DNA of 64,000 bases, from the NCBI GenBank assembly GCA_051294905.1, contig CM119373.1, positions 25,420,001 through 25,484,000 on the forward strand, given 5' to 3'. Of this stretch, positions 24,068 to 35,420 are shown piece after piece. The DNA comes from Botryllus schlosseri (lineage: Eukaryota). The number at the start of each line of letters is the position of its first letter. The first letter of the stretch is position 1. The translations under genes were made by a program, and so were the position numbers. The notes under the pieces were generated by a model, which was not told the DNA's origin, searched no databases, and saw nothing but the letters and a program-made list of their open reading frames with translations.

Positions 24068-25000
24068 CTTAAAAAGGAATCAAACAAATAATAATCTAAA
24101 TCAGTGGTTTTCAAACACCGGCCCTGGCAAGTTTCCCATGCCGGTCCGTCAAATATATACAGACCAGAACGATGATGTCCATCATCACGGGCAGAAACGA
24201 CGATGCCGATATCTGTTGACGAATCAAATGCCTCGTTCTGGTTATCGCTGATTTCCCATAGCAAATCACCAACCCCCAAGTCATCTGAATCACCCTTTTT
24301 CTCGCCTGAACAATCTGTAATGAGATAACAGTACATTGAGCCTTATAAGATATATGGAGGTTAATTGAGGAGGTTAATGGCATTGCAGGCAGACATGGTG
24401 CAAATTCCCCTGGCAAATCCCCAACTCCCGGGTCACCTTTTTTCTCGCCTGAACAATCTGTAATGAGATAACAGAGCGTAAAGTACATGCGTAAATGCAG
24501 ATTATACAATCTCCTCGTGTTAGCGAACTTGCACGTATGATGAGCTTGTCAACGAGTCCATAAGTGCTGTCAACTAGCGAGCACCTGATCGCTCGCTCGT
24601 AATATGCGTTGATATGCGCGTAATACGCGTTGAGAAAGCTCGCGTATTCAATCATTCGCGAGAGATCAGGGACTCGCTAACTAACAGCACTTCCGGACAC
24701 GTTGGCAAGCTTATCATACGCGTAAGTTCGTCAACGCGAGGCGATTGTATAATCGTCATTTACGCATTACTTAACCATAATGAATCGATGCTATAAAAAT
24801 CGAAACCCCGCCCTCTTCATTTCAAACCCCTCCCATATTTTTCGGCTGGCTACGCGCCTGAACCGGCATTATATTTTCTGTGGTTGCATAAAAGGTGCTC
24901 ATTTGATACTTGACATATTACATTCTGCTATGACGTCATAATGAGCGATACTCGAATACTCGAATCGAATCACTCAGGTATTCGATTTTGCCCAGCCCTA
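22195..25000. mobile_element. Pair of facing hAT-type termini (TAGGG(C/T)TGGGC) enclosing most of the SAMD3-like gene
   Basis: TAGGGTTGGGCA at 22195 and TGCCCAGCCCTA ending at 25000, both with CTCGAAT subterminal repeats. Flanks ATGATTAC / CTCATTAC match at 6 of 8 bases. Confidence 0.55.
24481..24772. repeat. ~290-bp imperfect palindrome
   Basis: 24481-24553 is the reverse complement of 24700-24772 at roughly 80% identity. The inner part is also self-complementary. Confidence 0.8.
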
Positions 25001-27462
25001 CTCATTACAAGATACAGCATATCGAAGAGGAGTGCATCGAAGTGTCGTTTCGTAAGCACGTATTTCTTTAGATCAAAAGCGGTGCACGCATTTAGGCATG
25101 GTCTGATTTTGATTGCAATGTAATTGCAGCATGACTAATAAACACTATATATCATGAGAGGCAATTTGTAGATAGAGATTAACTACTTGGTACAAATATT
25201 TGAAGAGATCACGGCTTCTGTCAAAATCAACAGCTTTATTGGAATAAATACATAGATAGCAGAAAGAGAAGAACATACCCATAAGATTCGAACCAATTCC
25301 GCATTGATCACGCTTATTTAGTCTTCAGGTACGAGGTACATAAGTCGAAACAGCTTTCTGCAAAGCAAAGCAGTCAAATTTTGAAATATGCACTGAACCA
25401 GAATAAAAATTTCATTAGGAGATTGAATGTGTGGTACCGAAACTCAAACATTTTTGCAACAGGTGAAGCAGCGAAAACGAAGCATCCTCAATACAATATA
25501 CATTTGTATAGGCAGCTAGTGTGAAATGGAGATAGTTTTAATAATCTTTTAGCTACAATTTCTTTACAGCGGCTTTCTGTCCTGAATAGCTGATGCGGAT
25601 GAAATTTTAGTACTGATTAATTTGAGACCACGTCATATTTAGAGAGCAGTGCCCCTTTAACTCAAACTGTACCACAGGCACAAACCATTCGTTCTAATGA
25701 TGGTAAGTTTGAAAGCATCACTTTTACCTAGAGCATTTTTCTTTGGCTCTCCGCCAACATATTTATAGCTTAATTTATTTCAATACAGATAATTATAATT
25801 TATGTATTATAATTTTATCGCGCGCACTCGCGCATTCATACACATCAAATATACAAACACGATGCCCACAGTCTCATTCAGAAATGACGAAATTTGCATT
25901 ACCAAAGTCTGTGGTGACTGCTATGGCACGAGCAGACATAATTTATAGCCTTTACGGTGACAGCAGGGTGACTTGGTAAACCAGACGAATTTTCATGATA
26001 GTGATATTCAGCCTGCCAGACGACCAATCAAGTGTGCTGCGGACATCAATTCCATACTGGATATACTAGCATGGTTTCATACTAGAAAATGACATCATGG
26101 ATTGCAGTAACTTCTTACTTCTAATATTTGTTATCAACTATAATTCAACCGAACAACTCTGACTCAATGACTCTAACTTAAGCATGTAAATTTGAAAAGG
26201 CAAATTAGAAGCATGCAAAATACACTTATGAGTGCATTGTCGTCTCACCTTTCCTTTCTTCACGTAACGTAATCTCCAATATGGCGTCCGACCGTCAGTG
26301 TCAGAAACAATCGAGCAAATACCGTAACCGGTATATGCCAGCGAGAATAGAATGCGTTCATACCGCATCCCTTATCAGGATGAACCGGACTCATATTCTA
26401 AAACGTACAACTATTGCCCTGTGCAGTGAGAATAAAGAAATTCGCCTCATAGTAAAACTGCAAGACACATTCGCCATCTTTCCCCTTCCGCATTCGCTTC
26501 GCGCTTTCGAGCCTCGGTTGGCGAGTCACTAAAGCGTAACCGACCCGGTTGATCAATTAGCATCGGATATTAGTATCTTCACTTTGTGTGCGTGCCACTT
26601 CCTACATTCACTAAATGAATATTATAGCTATCATTATTGAGTTAAGAGTAGAAGTTGATCGAATATGATGGTAAGATGTCAGTCGAACCATTAGCTCATC
26701 TGTGTTTATAAAGCTCGGTGGTTGAAAGGGGTTTGTCGCTTCAATTTGATTCCCGCGGAAACACAGCTGACTTCGTGGGATCGCCGCGCAAATAACTGAG
26801 GCGTTGCATTACGGTGATATGAATAATATTATCTCGATACCGTGAACAACGATATTAGAATTTTAGATCAAACTTTATTCGGTATCGCCTTATCGGTAGC
26901 TCGGCATCGCCTAAATTTCATTATATAAGTTTGTCTCTCTATCTAACTGTGAGTTTAAAACGAAAACAATGTTGCGATTTCCTGCTACAGGCTCACTGCT
27001 AAATTTTGAAATGAACAAACTAATATATCTTCATTTAACTCGTTCAATTTCTCTTTAATGATGCTGATTTGCACGACTGACCGATAAATATTCTTTCACT
27101 CCCGCTCTCTCTGTATCGATAAATGGTATGTCTGTCAGTCCGTTGATTTGACCATCAGCGACTTTGAGCACATATGCATTCAATCTCGCGACATCAACGC
27201 CGCGCAAGCATCTCGCGCGTACATATACAGCGCAGGTGATTGAAATGTTCATAGCGGAAACATATGTATCCTCAATTGATCAGAGGTGTGGTCGCCGTGC
27301 CACGCTTAATCCAGGGTGGCTGGATGCAATCCACTGTAATGCAGGGGTAGGAGCAACATTCCCACGCCTATTCTACCCTAAACGGGGGTGGAACAGGGAG
27401 GTACACTCCTGCATTACGGTAGATCATCCCTATCCACTCCTATTCCACCCCAAAACCCACGG

Positions 27463-28434
27463 TTATTTTTTACAGTGTAACGGGTCATATATTGAAGCCA
27501 CTGTCGACAAAATGCCACGCCGGGTACACGGACAATCTTTGAGTTGCATGCGAAACTGCAACGAATCATTTTCGATACACCAAACGATACCAAGCGTTCT
27601 TACATTGGGCAATGCGTCCTTTTTCAAATCAACTTCTTTTATGTCCTTAGCTCTATCGGACGGTTCAATACTTTCAATCACTTTACGACTATTTGAGACA
27701 AATTTGCAAAGCTTCATGCCAAAATTTTCACACAACGCGCTGCTACTTTTGGCCAGCGCGATCATCTCAGATTCATCGTCTAGGGATATTATGCCACCAT
27801 CCATATAAAAGTTATCACGGATGAAATCTGCCGCAGGCGTGCCAAATTCTACTTCACCATCATCTGCCGCACGTTTCCGGCCAAAGTTGCAAACGGAGGG
27901 ACTGCTACAAGCCCCGAACAAATGAACTTCTAGACGATACTCTATTAACTTGCCATTTACTACGCCACCATCTTCCCACCAAAAGAAGCGCAGCAGATCA
28001 CGGTGCTTGGGACTGACAAAAAACTGAAAGAACATACTTTTCAAATCCGCACTCATGGCGTAATCAAACTTTCCCATTCGACAAAGCACACCTAACATTT
28101 TGTTCAACAGATCTGGGCCAGTTAGCAGGTAATCATTCAAACTCATGCCTAAATACTTGGCAGAGCCATCAAACACGACACGAATTTGATTTGGCTTACG
28201 AGGGTGGTACACACCCATGTGGATCAAGTAGTTCACTTTACCATTATTCAGATCAAGCTCATTGTCAGGGACTTTCTCGGCATACATGCTCAAAATATCA
28301 CTCATAAATGTGGCATAGTCATTACGAAAATCATCATGCTTTGCCAAACGCTTACCAAGTTGGGCAGTCCTTTTCAAAACGAACGATTTGTTGTTGGGAA
28401 TATCGACAGTCTCGTCTCGAAGCGGGAGAGGCAT
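27463..28434 (-). pseudogene. pol: BEL/Pao reverse transcriptase (catalytic YxDD changed to YMDG; true BEL sequence ends at 27478)
   Basis: RVVFDGSAK, LLTGPDL, SADLKSMFFQ, VHLFGACSSP, DNFYMDGG, RTLGIVW, TRRGILSTVASIYDPL. The final HCKK* is read from the inserted transposon end. Confidence 0.93.
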
Positions 28435-28437
28435 TTC

Positions 28438-31269
28438 CTAGTGCTTGTCTGGACGCTGCTTTATCCCGTCTGAAATCATCTGCAGGAATCTTCGATCTTC
28501 TACGGAGAGCGACGATAAGTTTCCTTTATGCTCGGCGAACTCCAATTCGAACATGTTCTTCACGGCGTTCGGGTTGATTATCTCTTTTGCTCGAGACGCT
28601 AATACGATGTTAGCGTCATTGTTCATTTCTTGCACCATGATCCCATGACATATAGCATTGTTAGGATCAACGCCTTTACAGATTTTACCCACAACACCCC
28701 ATCCCAAGTCTGTCTTCATAGCAAACGGCTCGTTATCTCCCCCAGCTACCACCTCACGAGGGATTAGGGCTGCGACCACATCACTTCCCAGCAAGATGCC
28801 GACTTTAGCATTCGGTAGATAAGGAGGCAACTCATCTGCTACCTTTTGGAGGTGGGCCCATTCTTTGCATGCGGACGCTTTAGGAATCTGTGTTCTGTTC
28901 GCGGGTATCTCATCTCTGGCATACGCTTGTGTTACGTTGACACTCTTCTTCTTGTCATAAGATGTAACTTCGAGGTTCCAAACTTTCTCAATAGGCCATG
29001 CATCCTTTCCGCTCATTGTAGACAACTCGACATGTGTGGATTGACTATTCAGACGAAGCTCATTCTTTATCTCTTCCGTAACAAAAGAACGGTTACCCAA
29101 CGAGTCCAGTGCGGCGTGACAAAGGGTAATCTTCGTGGGATCCGACTTGGGATTAACCGAGACCGGCACCAGCATGGTATTATCGATTTCCATGTTTTCC
29201 GACTCGCAGACTTGAATGCAATTTGAAACACTGGGAGTAGAACTCAAATGGAGGCTAGTAAAATGAAACTTGCCGCATTTCTTACAAACCACGCGCTTGG
29301 TACAGACTTGACCCTTGTGGGATCTAGTACACTTTTCTCCACACCCATAACATAAAAATTTGTCGTAAATATACGATCTTCGCTCAGAGAGGGGCAACTT
29401 TTCGAAATCTACACAATCCGGGATATGATGGCCCTTCTTTTTACAAAAGATGCAATCGAACTCATCTGGCTTCACATTAGTTCCGAATGACACACTTGGC
29501 TTATCACGTGAAATCTTTTGGGCGGAATGAGTGACGTTACTATGTCGGTCTTCATTAAGCATTCTGAATTTCGGCATGTTTTCAAGATCCGACTGATCTC
29601 TTACAAATGACACGAAATACTCAAAGGGCGGGTAGCAATTTTTATCATTCGTTTCCACTTTGTATTGCGACACTTTAACACGCCTCTTTTCGACTAGTGA
29701 CGGAGGTAACTTCTTCACTATGTACATATGACTTGACGAGTAATCAAGAATGCCCAACTCTGATACATAATGCTTGTTGACTACTACTTGCTCCAAAAAA
29801 TCAGAGAATTCGCGCAGGCCAAGTTTGTCATATTCCTTTATGTAGCGCCAAGCACGCAGTCTATTCAGGAAGGTTTGGCCAATGACAACAGGGCTTCCAT
29901 ACCTGTCTCGCAAGTCTCCGATTGCTTTTTGGTAGGATTCCTCCGTACCATTCAAAAAATGACTTTTAACAACTTTCAACGGGTTGGGACCAAGATGCTG
30001 TTTCAACAAATTCATCTTCTCATTGACACAGCAGACTCTATCTTCCACCAAAGCCTTGAACGAATTTTCGCACTCTATATAGTTGGTTTCATCACCATCA
30101 AAAACCCAAACTTTTATATCGGGTATTCGCGTCCTAGGTCTTACATTGTATTGATGTTCACTTGGTATGAGCATGGGATGATCGGTGGGCGGCTTAGGAC
30201 TCGGCACAAACAGTTTTTGTTCAATTACTTGCGGTTCGACACATGAGACATGGTTCATTGGGGGACATTTATCAATAACTAACGTTGGTGTTTTAGGTTC
30301 CGTAAATTTGACAGCAGATGGCCTTACTTCGGGACGGTCATGAGAGTCACTTAAAACAAAGTTTTTTACCTTGTCTCCCGAATCCAAAACCGGAACTCTA
30401 TTCTGTATTTCTGCGAAGCTAGATCCAACATACTGGGTATCTTCATCCAGACCGAAGGGGTTTTCCTCCTTTTCAATTCGCTCGCAAACTGCGATCACGG
30501 CTTCTTTTTCAGCAATTTCACTCTTCAGAGCCAATTGCGACAACTTTGCTTCATCTTCAACCAACTTTCTCTTCATTTCAGCTTCTTGCTCTGAAAATTC
30601 CAGTCTTGCTTTCAAAGCGGCTGTTTCTTTTTGGTGATCATGAATCTGCTGTTTGTGACTGGTGTGACTGTGTTGTGAATGTCGACTCGATCTCGAGCCG
30701 GCTCCAGATCTCGCTCGGCTACGGACGGATCCATTTTTGGATGGAAGCATCATGAAGGCCGCAACGGCTTGCCGAATTCTTCTGAAATCTGTTTCAACCA
30801 ACCTCAGACTGTCGGTGAAATCTTTTGTTTCCGTATTCCTGGCGAACTTCGAAACAATCTCTCCAGTAATTTTCTTCAATTCATCTCGATGACACATAAC
30901 TCTTTTCATTGCTTCGCGCACTTCCTCTTTATTTGCGCATAGCGCCACAACATTCTCAGTTGCGTCGATGCATCTTTCAACTTCACCTTTTGTTTCATGG
31001 AACTGGTTGCCAAGTTAAGTCAATCTCTGATCGAATCCGTGGAACAAAGTGCTGACACTACTGGTTGTATCGTCAGAACCCACTGACTTGCTCTTCACGG
31101 GGCTCTGGTCCACATTTTCTTTCTTGACACTCCCACGTTCATCTTCAACATTTTCCGAACTTGGCGGAGCTGGGCAGCCAGCACTTGTCTCTGACGTTGC
31201 CACAGTTTTACTTTGTACGGCTGAGCAGTCTGCTTTCTCTGGCGTTGCTGCAGCTTCCATTACTTTCAA
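28438..31269 (-). pseudogene. gag: BEL/Pao gag (DUF1759-like capsid, zinc knuckles) + aspartic protease
   Basis: VFDGDETNY, LRDRYG, CIFCKKKGHHIPDC, LCYGCG...H, CKKCGKFHFTSLH, degenerate protease ALDSLGNRSF, ILLGSD. The N-terminal piece (31015-31269) is cut off by a stop. In-frame TAG at KH*EMPLP. Confidence 0.9.
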
Positions 31270-31391
31270 CTTCTCCGACTTTCAACTTTGTGACTGGTAA
31301 AGTTTCTAACTGTAGCGGTCGCTGCAACGGCTTGTTGCAAGACACGCTGGTATAGTGCTTGATTGGAGTCGATGCTACAGCTTACAGTTCC

Positions 31392-31749
31392 TGTTGTACG
31401 CACTAGTCACTGACTAATGACCGCTTTGAGTATACTCTTGCAATCCTGATCACACACGCAGATCCAATGAGCTTTCTTTACCAGCACAGAACAGCCAAAT
31501 AGTAGTAATAAGTGGTCAGAAACTTGTAGATTTACCAGGTTCAAATGATACCGCGGTTCAATTAGAAATAGGAAGAATAAATGAAGGGAAATGGAGCCAA
31601 TTGTCTATCTTACGACTGGAGCGCGAGCGCGCCGACCTCAATATGCGGGTAGAACACGTGCCTCGCAGATTGCCTGTGCCCGTGTGTGCCGTCACGGTTT
31701 TGGTTTGCGTGCGGCCTACCTATGCTTTCGCGTATGACAGGCGTTTACA
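31392..31749 (-). repeat. 5' LTR of the BEL/Pao element
   Basis: Matches 18432-18779 over 31406-31749. A TGT…ACA boundary at 31392 suggests a true LTR length of about 358 bp, with the 3' LTR trimmed. Confidence 0.88.
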
Positions 31750-34700
31750 GTTACCCTTGACGAGACAAAATACCAGATGGAAATAAATCTGTCAAAAAAA
31801 ACTAATAGGCTTTGTCGAATCGAGGCGAGGCGTAGTCCGATAATTTCAGTACGAAAGAGTAGTTCATTCTACTAAAGTAGATTCGTTGCCATTTAAAGGG
31901 TGAGAAGTGAAGGCGGACACGTCAAAAAAGCTTAGCAAACAATGGAGCGTGCAACATAAATGGAGCACAAATAATGTGCGATTGAATTAGGCGCCTTTTG
32001 GGATACGAGTTCATATTGGAAGACCGTCAAAATTTGTTATGTATCAAAAAGCGAGATACAAAACTCCTACGGCGGCTATTTCTGATGAAATATTGAACGA
32101 TTTCAAAACATTGCGGAACTAAATCGCAATCAAAATAGACTGTAGAAAAATACACGCCAAAAATATCCCCTGTGATATCCCGTCAATGAGAAACTCACTG
32201 CGATCCGATCGCTGCCGTTTTCTAAGGAAAAAGGTGAATGCTGCTAGAAAGGAGTGTACTTGACAGCGGACTGTTGTACTGCAGCACTTTTTAGATTACA
32301 GGCAATTAATCTACAAGGCCGTCACCTGCAAATGAACAACAAGCGTATCAAATTAATTCTTGAGTTTGAAATAGATCAATTTATGTATATTAGGGCCGTT
32401 CAAGTTCACTAATATCCAGACAATCGGTCGTTAATAGTGCACGAAACATCATGTATGTTGCTGGTAAAGTGACTAAAATATGGCCACGGTAGGTTAAGTG
32501 ATAAAATTGGTCACCGTAAGTCAGAGATCACCAACACGCGGCCCGCGGTTGCTATGCCCTTCAGCCATGTCAGGGGAGTACATCGTGGTATTGACGAAAT
32601 TTGAAAGGTAGCCCTACAGTCGTTTTGAAATGGTCACTCCTGCCGTAAATACTATTCATCAAAAAAATTGTTGAAATTTCAATTTGAGATTGGACACTAA
32701 AGCTGCGAAATTCTGAAAAAGTATATGTTTTTAACAACCCTGAATGTCCAAACATGCGGTCGTCTTGTGGAATTAGAATTCATTATCGTTGATGACGTAG
32801 GAGTGATCAGTATTTCCTAGAACGTTTCCAAGAGTTCCGCAAATTGAAAATTGTGAGAGGAGTATTGCATTGCTAAATAGTGCACATGATGGTTCAATAA
32901 GAAAGTCATATTCTAATAAAGCTCCGATATGGATGAGCTCAGCGCACTTGATCCACTCAATTGAGACTTATCGAGTTTTTTTTCTTTCCCGCGACGATCT
33001 CTGTAACTTTTCCATCTGTTCATACACTGATCCACTGGAGGAATAATGTTCTGAATGTGTATCATGTATAGTCCACAGCACCCATCTCAATATTATTTAA
33101 AATATATGCAGATAAATATAACGTGAAACGCGGAGTGAAGTCCATTGTGGGATCATTTTTCAGCGCTTCGTACACCATACTTGGTGTGAGTAGAGCGTTT
33201 TCTCAGTTTTTTTGTATTTATTTCATTTTGTAAAAGAGGTTGCGACACGCAAAGTATCTCAAGCTATGTTGCGCTTCGTTCTAATTCTTTATTAATTGCG
33301 CTACGTTACGCGCTTAAAGTGTTTCAAGGTAAGTTTATCATGACGCAGAACGGATTCAAGGTGAGTTCAACAGAAGTTTAGGTTCAATTAGCCCCATTTT
33401 GTTTTCTGCCTTCACAACGGTATCTGATAGCTATATGTGGTTGTCATATTCGGAGATACTAGCATTTTGGGGTGGCTGACACGACTGTCGGTGCCGGACG
33501 AATAGCCGCTACGGCCGGTTGCGAAAGGTTCCCTTGAAATTGAACCACAAAATTTATTTATTCAGGTTAATACGTGGACTAAAACAATAGGCTGTATGTA
33601 TAAACTGAACCGGGAATGCGTTTACTTTGGAGTCTAGTTTAGCCATGTACCGTGATTGCGTAACGTATACGGTACGTGCTTCGTATGTCTAGGCTAATCA
33701 AGGTTCAAAATAAGGCAAATATAGCAAATCACGCCGTAAAATTTAAATTTACAAGACACGTTTTTCCAGATTCATATTCAAATCTTGTTTCTTACCACCG
33801 TTACATTTGGAATGACCATGTCTACATTTCAAACTGTTACGTCATAGGTTTCTCGATCCTTATTGGCAAAATAATGCAATCAGTGCGCGTAATTGGTGGT
33901 CATTACTCGGAAACGATGTTATATCGAACAATTGAATGACATTTCAACATGAGTTGGACCACTAAATATATGTTTACTGAAGTCATCCATGAACCCATAT
34001 TTTTAGTTTATGATGAGCACCGAACAGCTTTCTGTGATTCCGCATTATGAGAAAGTATGGTCGTTTCCGAATACCGGTCCCGTGCAAAAAAAATATATGC
34101 GATAACGGTGTTGACCCCACTAGTCAAATCAGGAAATTCACACCAAGATTTGGTAAGTTCATCCTTTCGGTGGTACAGCCGTTTCGATTCAATCCTAGCG
34201 CCCGTGTCGATCTCATCACGTAGTTGGTACGTCTATATTAAAACACGAGTCGGACATTTAGGCTGTGACAGATTTCGATATCAATAGAGATAGGTAAGGC
34301 GTCTATTGGCAGATGTGGACAGCAACGAAGTACTTCAACTTTTTCGAAGTATCCAGGTAGTTTTCCTCTACTTGCATTACCTAACCGAGAAAACATAATT
34401 TTCCGCCACAGATACTTCTGCTTCATCACATTTTGTGACTTATTGCTTTTCGCTATATACAGTATGTCAATTAAAGTAGAAGAGCGAGACCAAGAAATAG
34501 AAATTCCAATCCCGCTCCGGTCCTGAAGATATGAGATTTTATGGTCAACATGCGTCATTGCAAACTGCAAAGTGCGGTGCAGAAAACATCACCGGCCATA
34601 AAAGCTTGGCCGAAGATAACGGTCGCTGGTTTCCCAAAACCTTCGAAATTGATATCTCCGGTTGTCGAATTTGCCGGCATTAAATAGTCCCGTCCCTGCA

Positions 34701-35151
34701 ATCTGAGATCGGCAGTACAAACGCGGCCTGCAGAGGTGAATAATGCAACCCAATTTCAAATCGGGTACGTGAAACATTTTTGATACAACTGCGTTGCGTG
34801 GAAATGATTGTCTTCGTATTAGGAATGTCAGTGGTTCCCAAAATTTTTCAGCTCGTGGTAAACTAGAAAAATCATAAAATGCCCCCTGCACACCTAAAAG
34901 AGCTAAAAGTAGCTTCAAAAATATTCTGCACGTGCTTATGCTATGGATGTGCTATGGTGCTTTTTTGTTCTGAAACGAATTTGCATTGCGGGTAACTATC
35001 GGCGCATTTCATGGTAAATTCCAACCAGTTCCTCTCCTTCGCGACGGTAAAATTCATTCAAACAGAAAAGCCAAGTAAACATGGCCATGGAGATGTGCAT
35101 GGCAACAAATTCTGTTGCTTTGGTACCAATCATCGAATATTTCGCTTAGAC

Positions 35152-35420
35152 CAGGGATGTCAAACTCAACGTACATCGCGGGCCGGATTCAAACATTTAG
35201 ATCGCTCGCGAGCCGGATCAGTCAAATAATTTCAAATTCTTATGCCGCAAAATACGCGACCGTGTTTTAATATGAATACTGTATTATCAAGAATATCTAC
35301 GTAATAGTATAGTAGATTACATTATAGTACGGATCATAAGGGTTCTATTCTATTAACATCGTTATTCGCAAACAGTCGATTTAGCAAAAATGCGATGCTT
35401 GTCCGGTTGAATACAGTGGC
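35152..35420 (+). mobile_element. hAT/Charlie MITE left portion (same family as 41164-41837)
   Basis: CAGGGATGTCAAACTC...CGCGGGCCGGATT start and shared interior. No matching right end or TSD was confirmed. Confidence 0.6.

Larger units (their letters stand above)
21301..27477. mobile_element. EnSpm/CACTA (CMC)-type DNA transposon with CACTG ends, non-autonomous, 6177 bp
   Basis: 11-bp TIRs CACTGTAAAAA / TTTTTACAGTG. 2-bp TSD TA (21299-21300, 27478-27479). Subterminal tandem repeats. Removing it rejoins the BEL frame as IYDPL-GLAAVILIEPK. Confidence 0.92.
18431..31749 (-). mobile_element. BEL/Pao LTR retrotransposon, decayed and interrupted by an EnSpm-type insertion
   Basis: Two ~345-bp LTRs (~97% identical). 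PPT next to the 3' LTR. Gene order gag-protease-RT-RNaseH-integrase, as in BEL/Pao. Several stops and frameshifts. Confidence 0.95.

Noticed and set aside
25743-26100. FALPK-containing ORF as a second SAMD3-like copy
   Set aside because: The similarity is limited to five residues, the frames are broken, and there is no convincing splice structure.
28435-28440. In-frame TAG between gag-pro and RT (and at 19991) as programmed readthrough
   Set aside because: They replace conserved residues (HYEMPLP, EQKMA) by single-base changes. The same element has a YMDG active site, other stops and a frameshift, so decay is the simpler explanation.
18617-31786. Plus-strand ORFs over the BEL element (e.g. 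27164-27808, 29770-30246, 18688-19137, 31601-31786)
   Set aside because: They are shadow frames of gag/pol or the LTR. The matching peptides at 18688 and 31601 only reflect LTR duplication.
34057-34918. Cluster of 76-110 aa ORFs as a gene
   Set aside because: I found no recognisable motif in any frame and no consistent exon chain.
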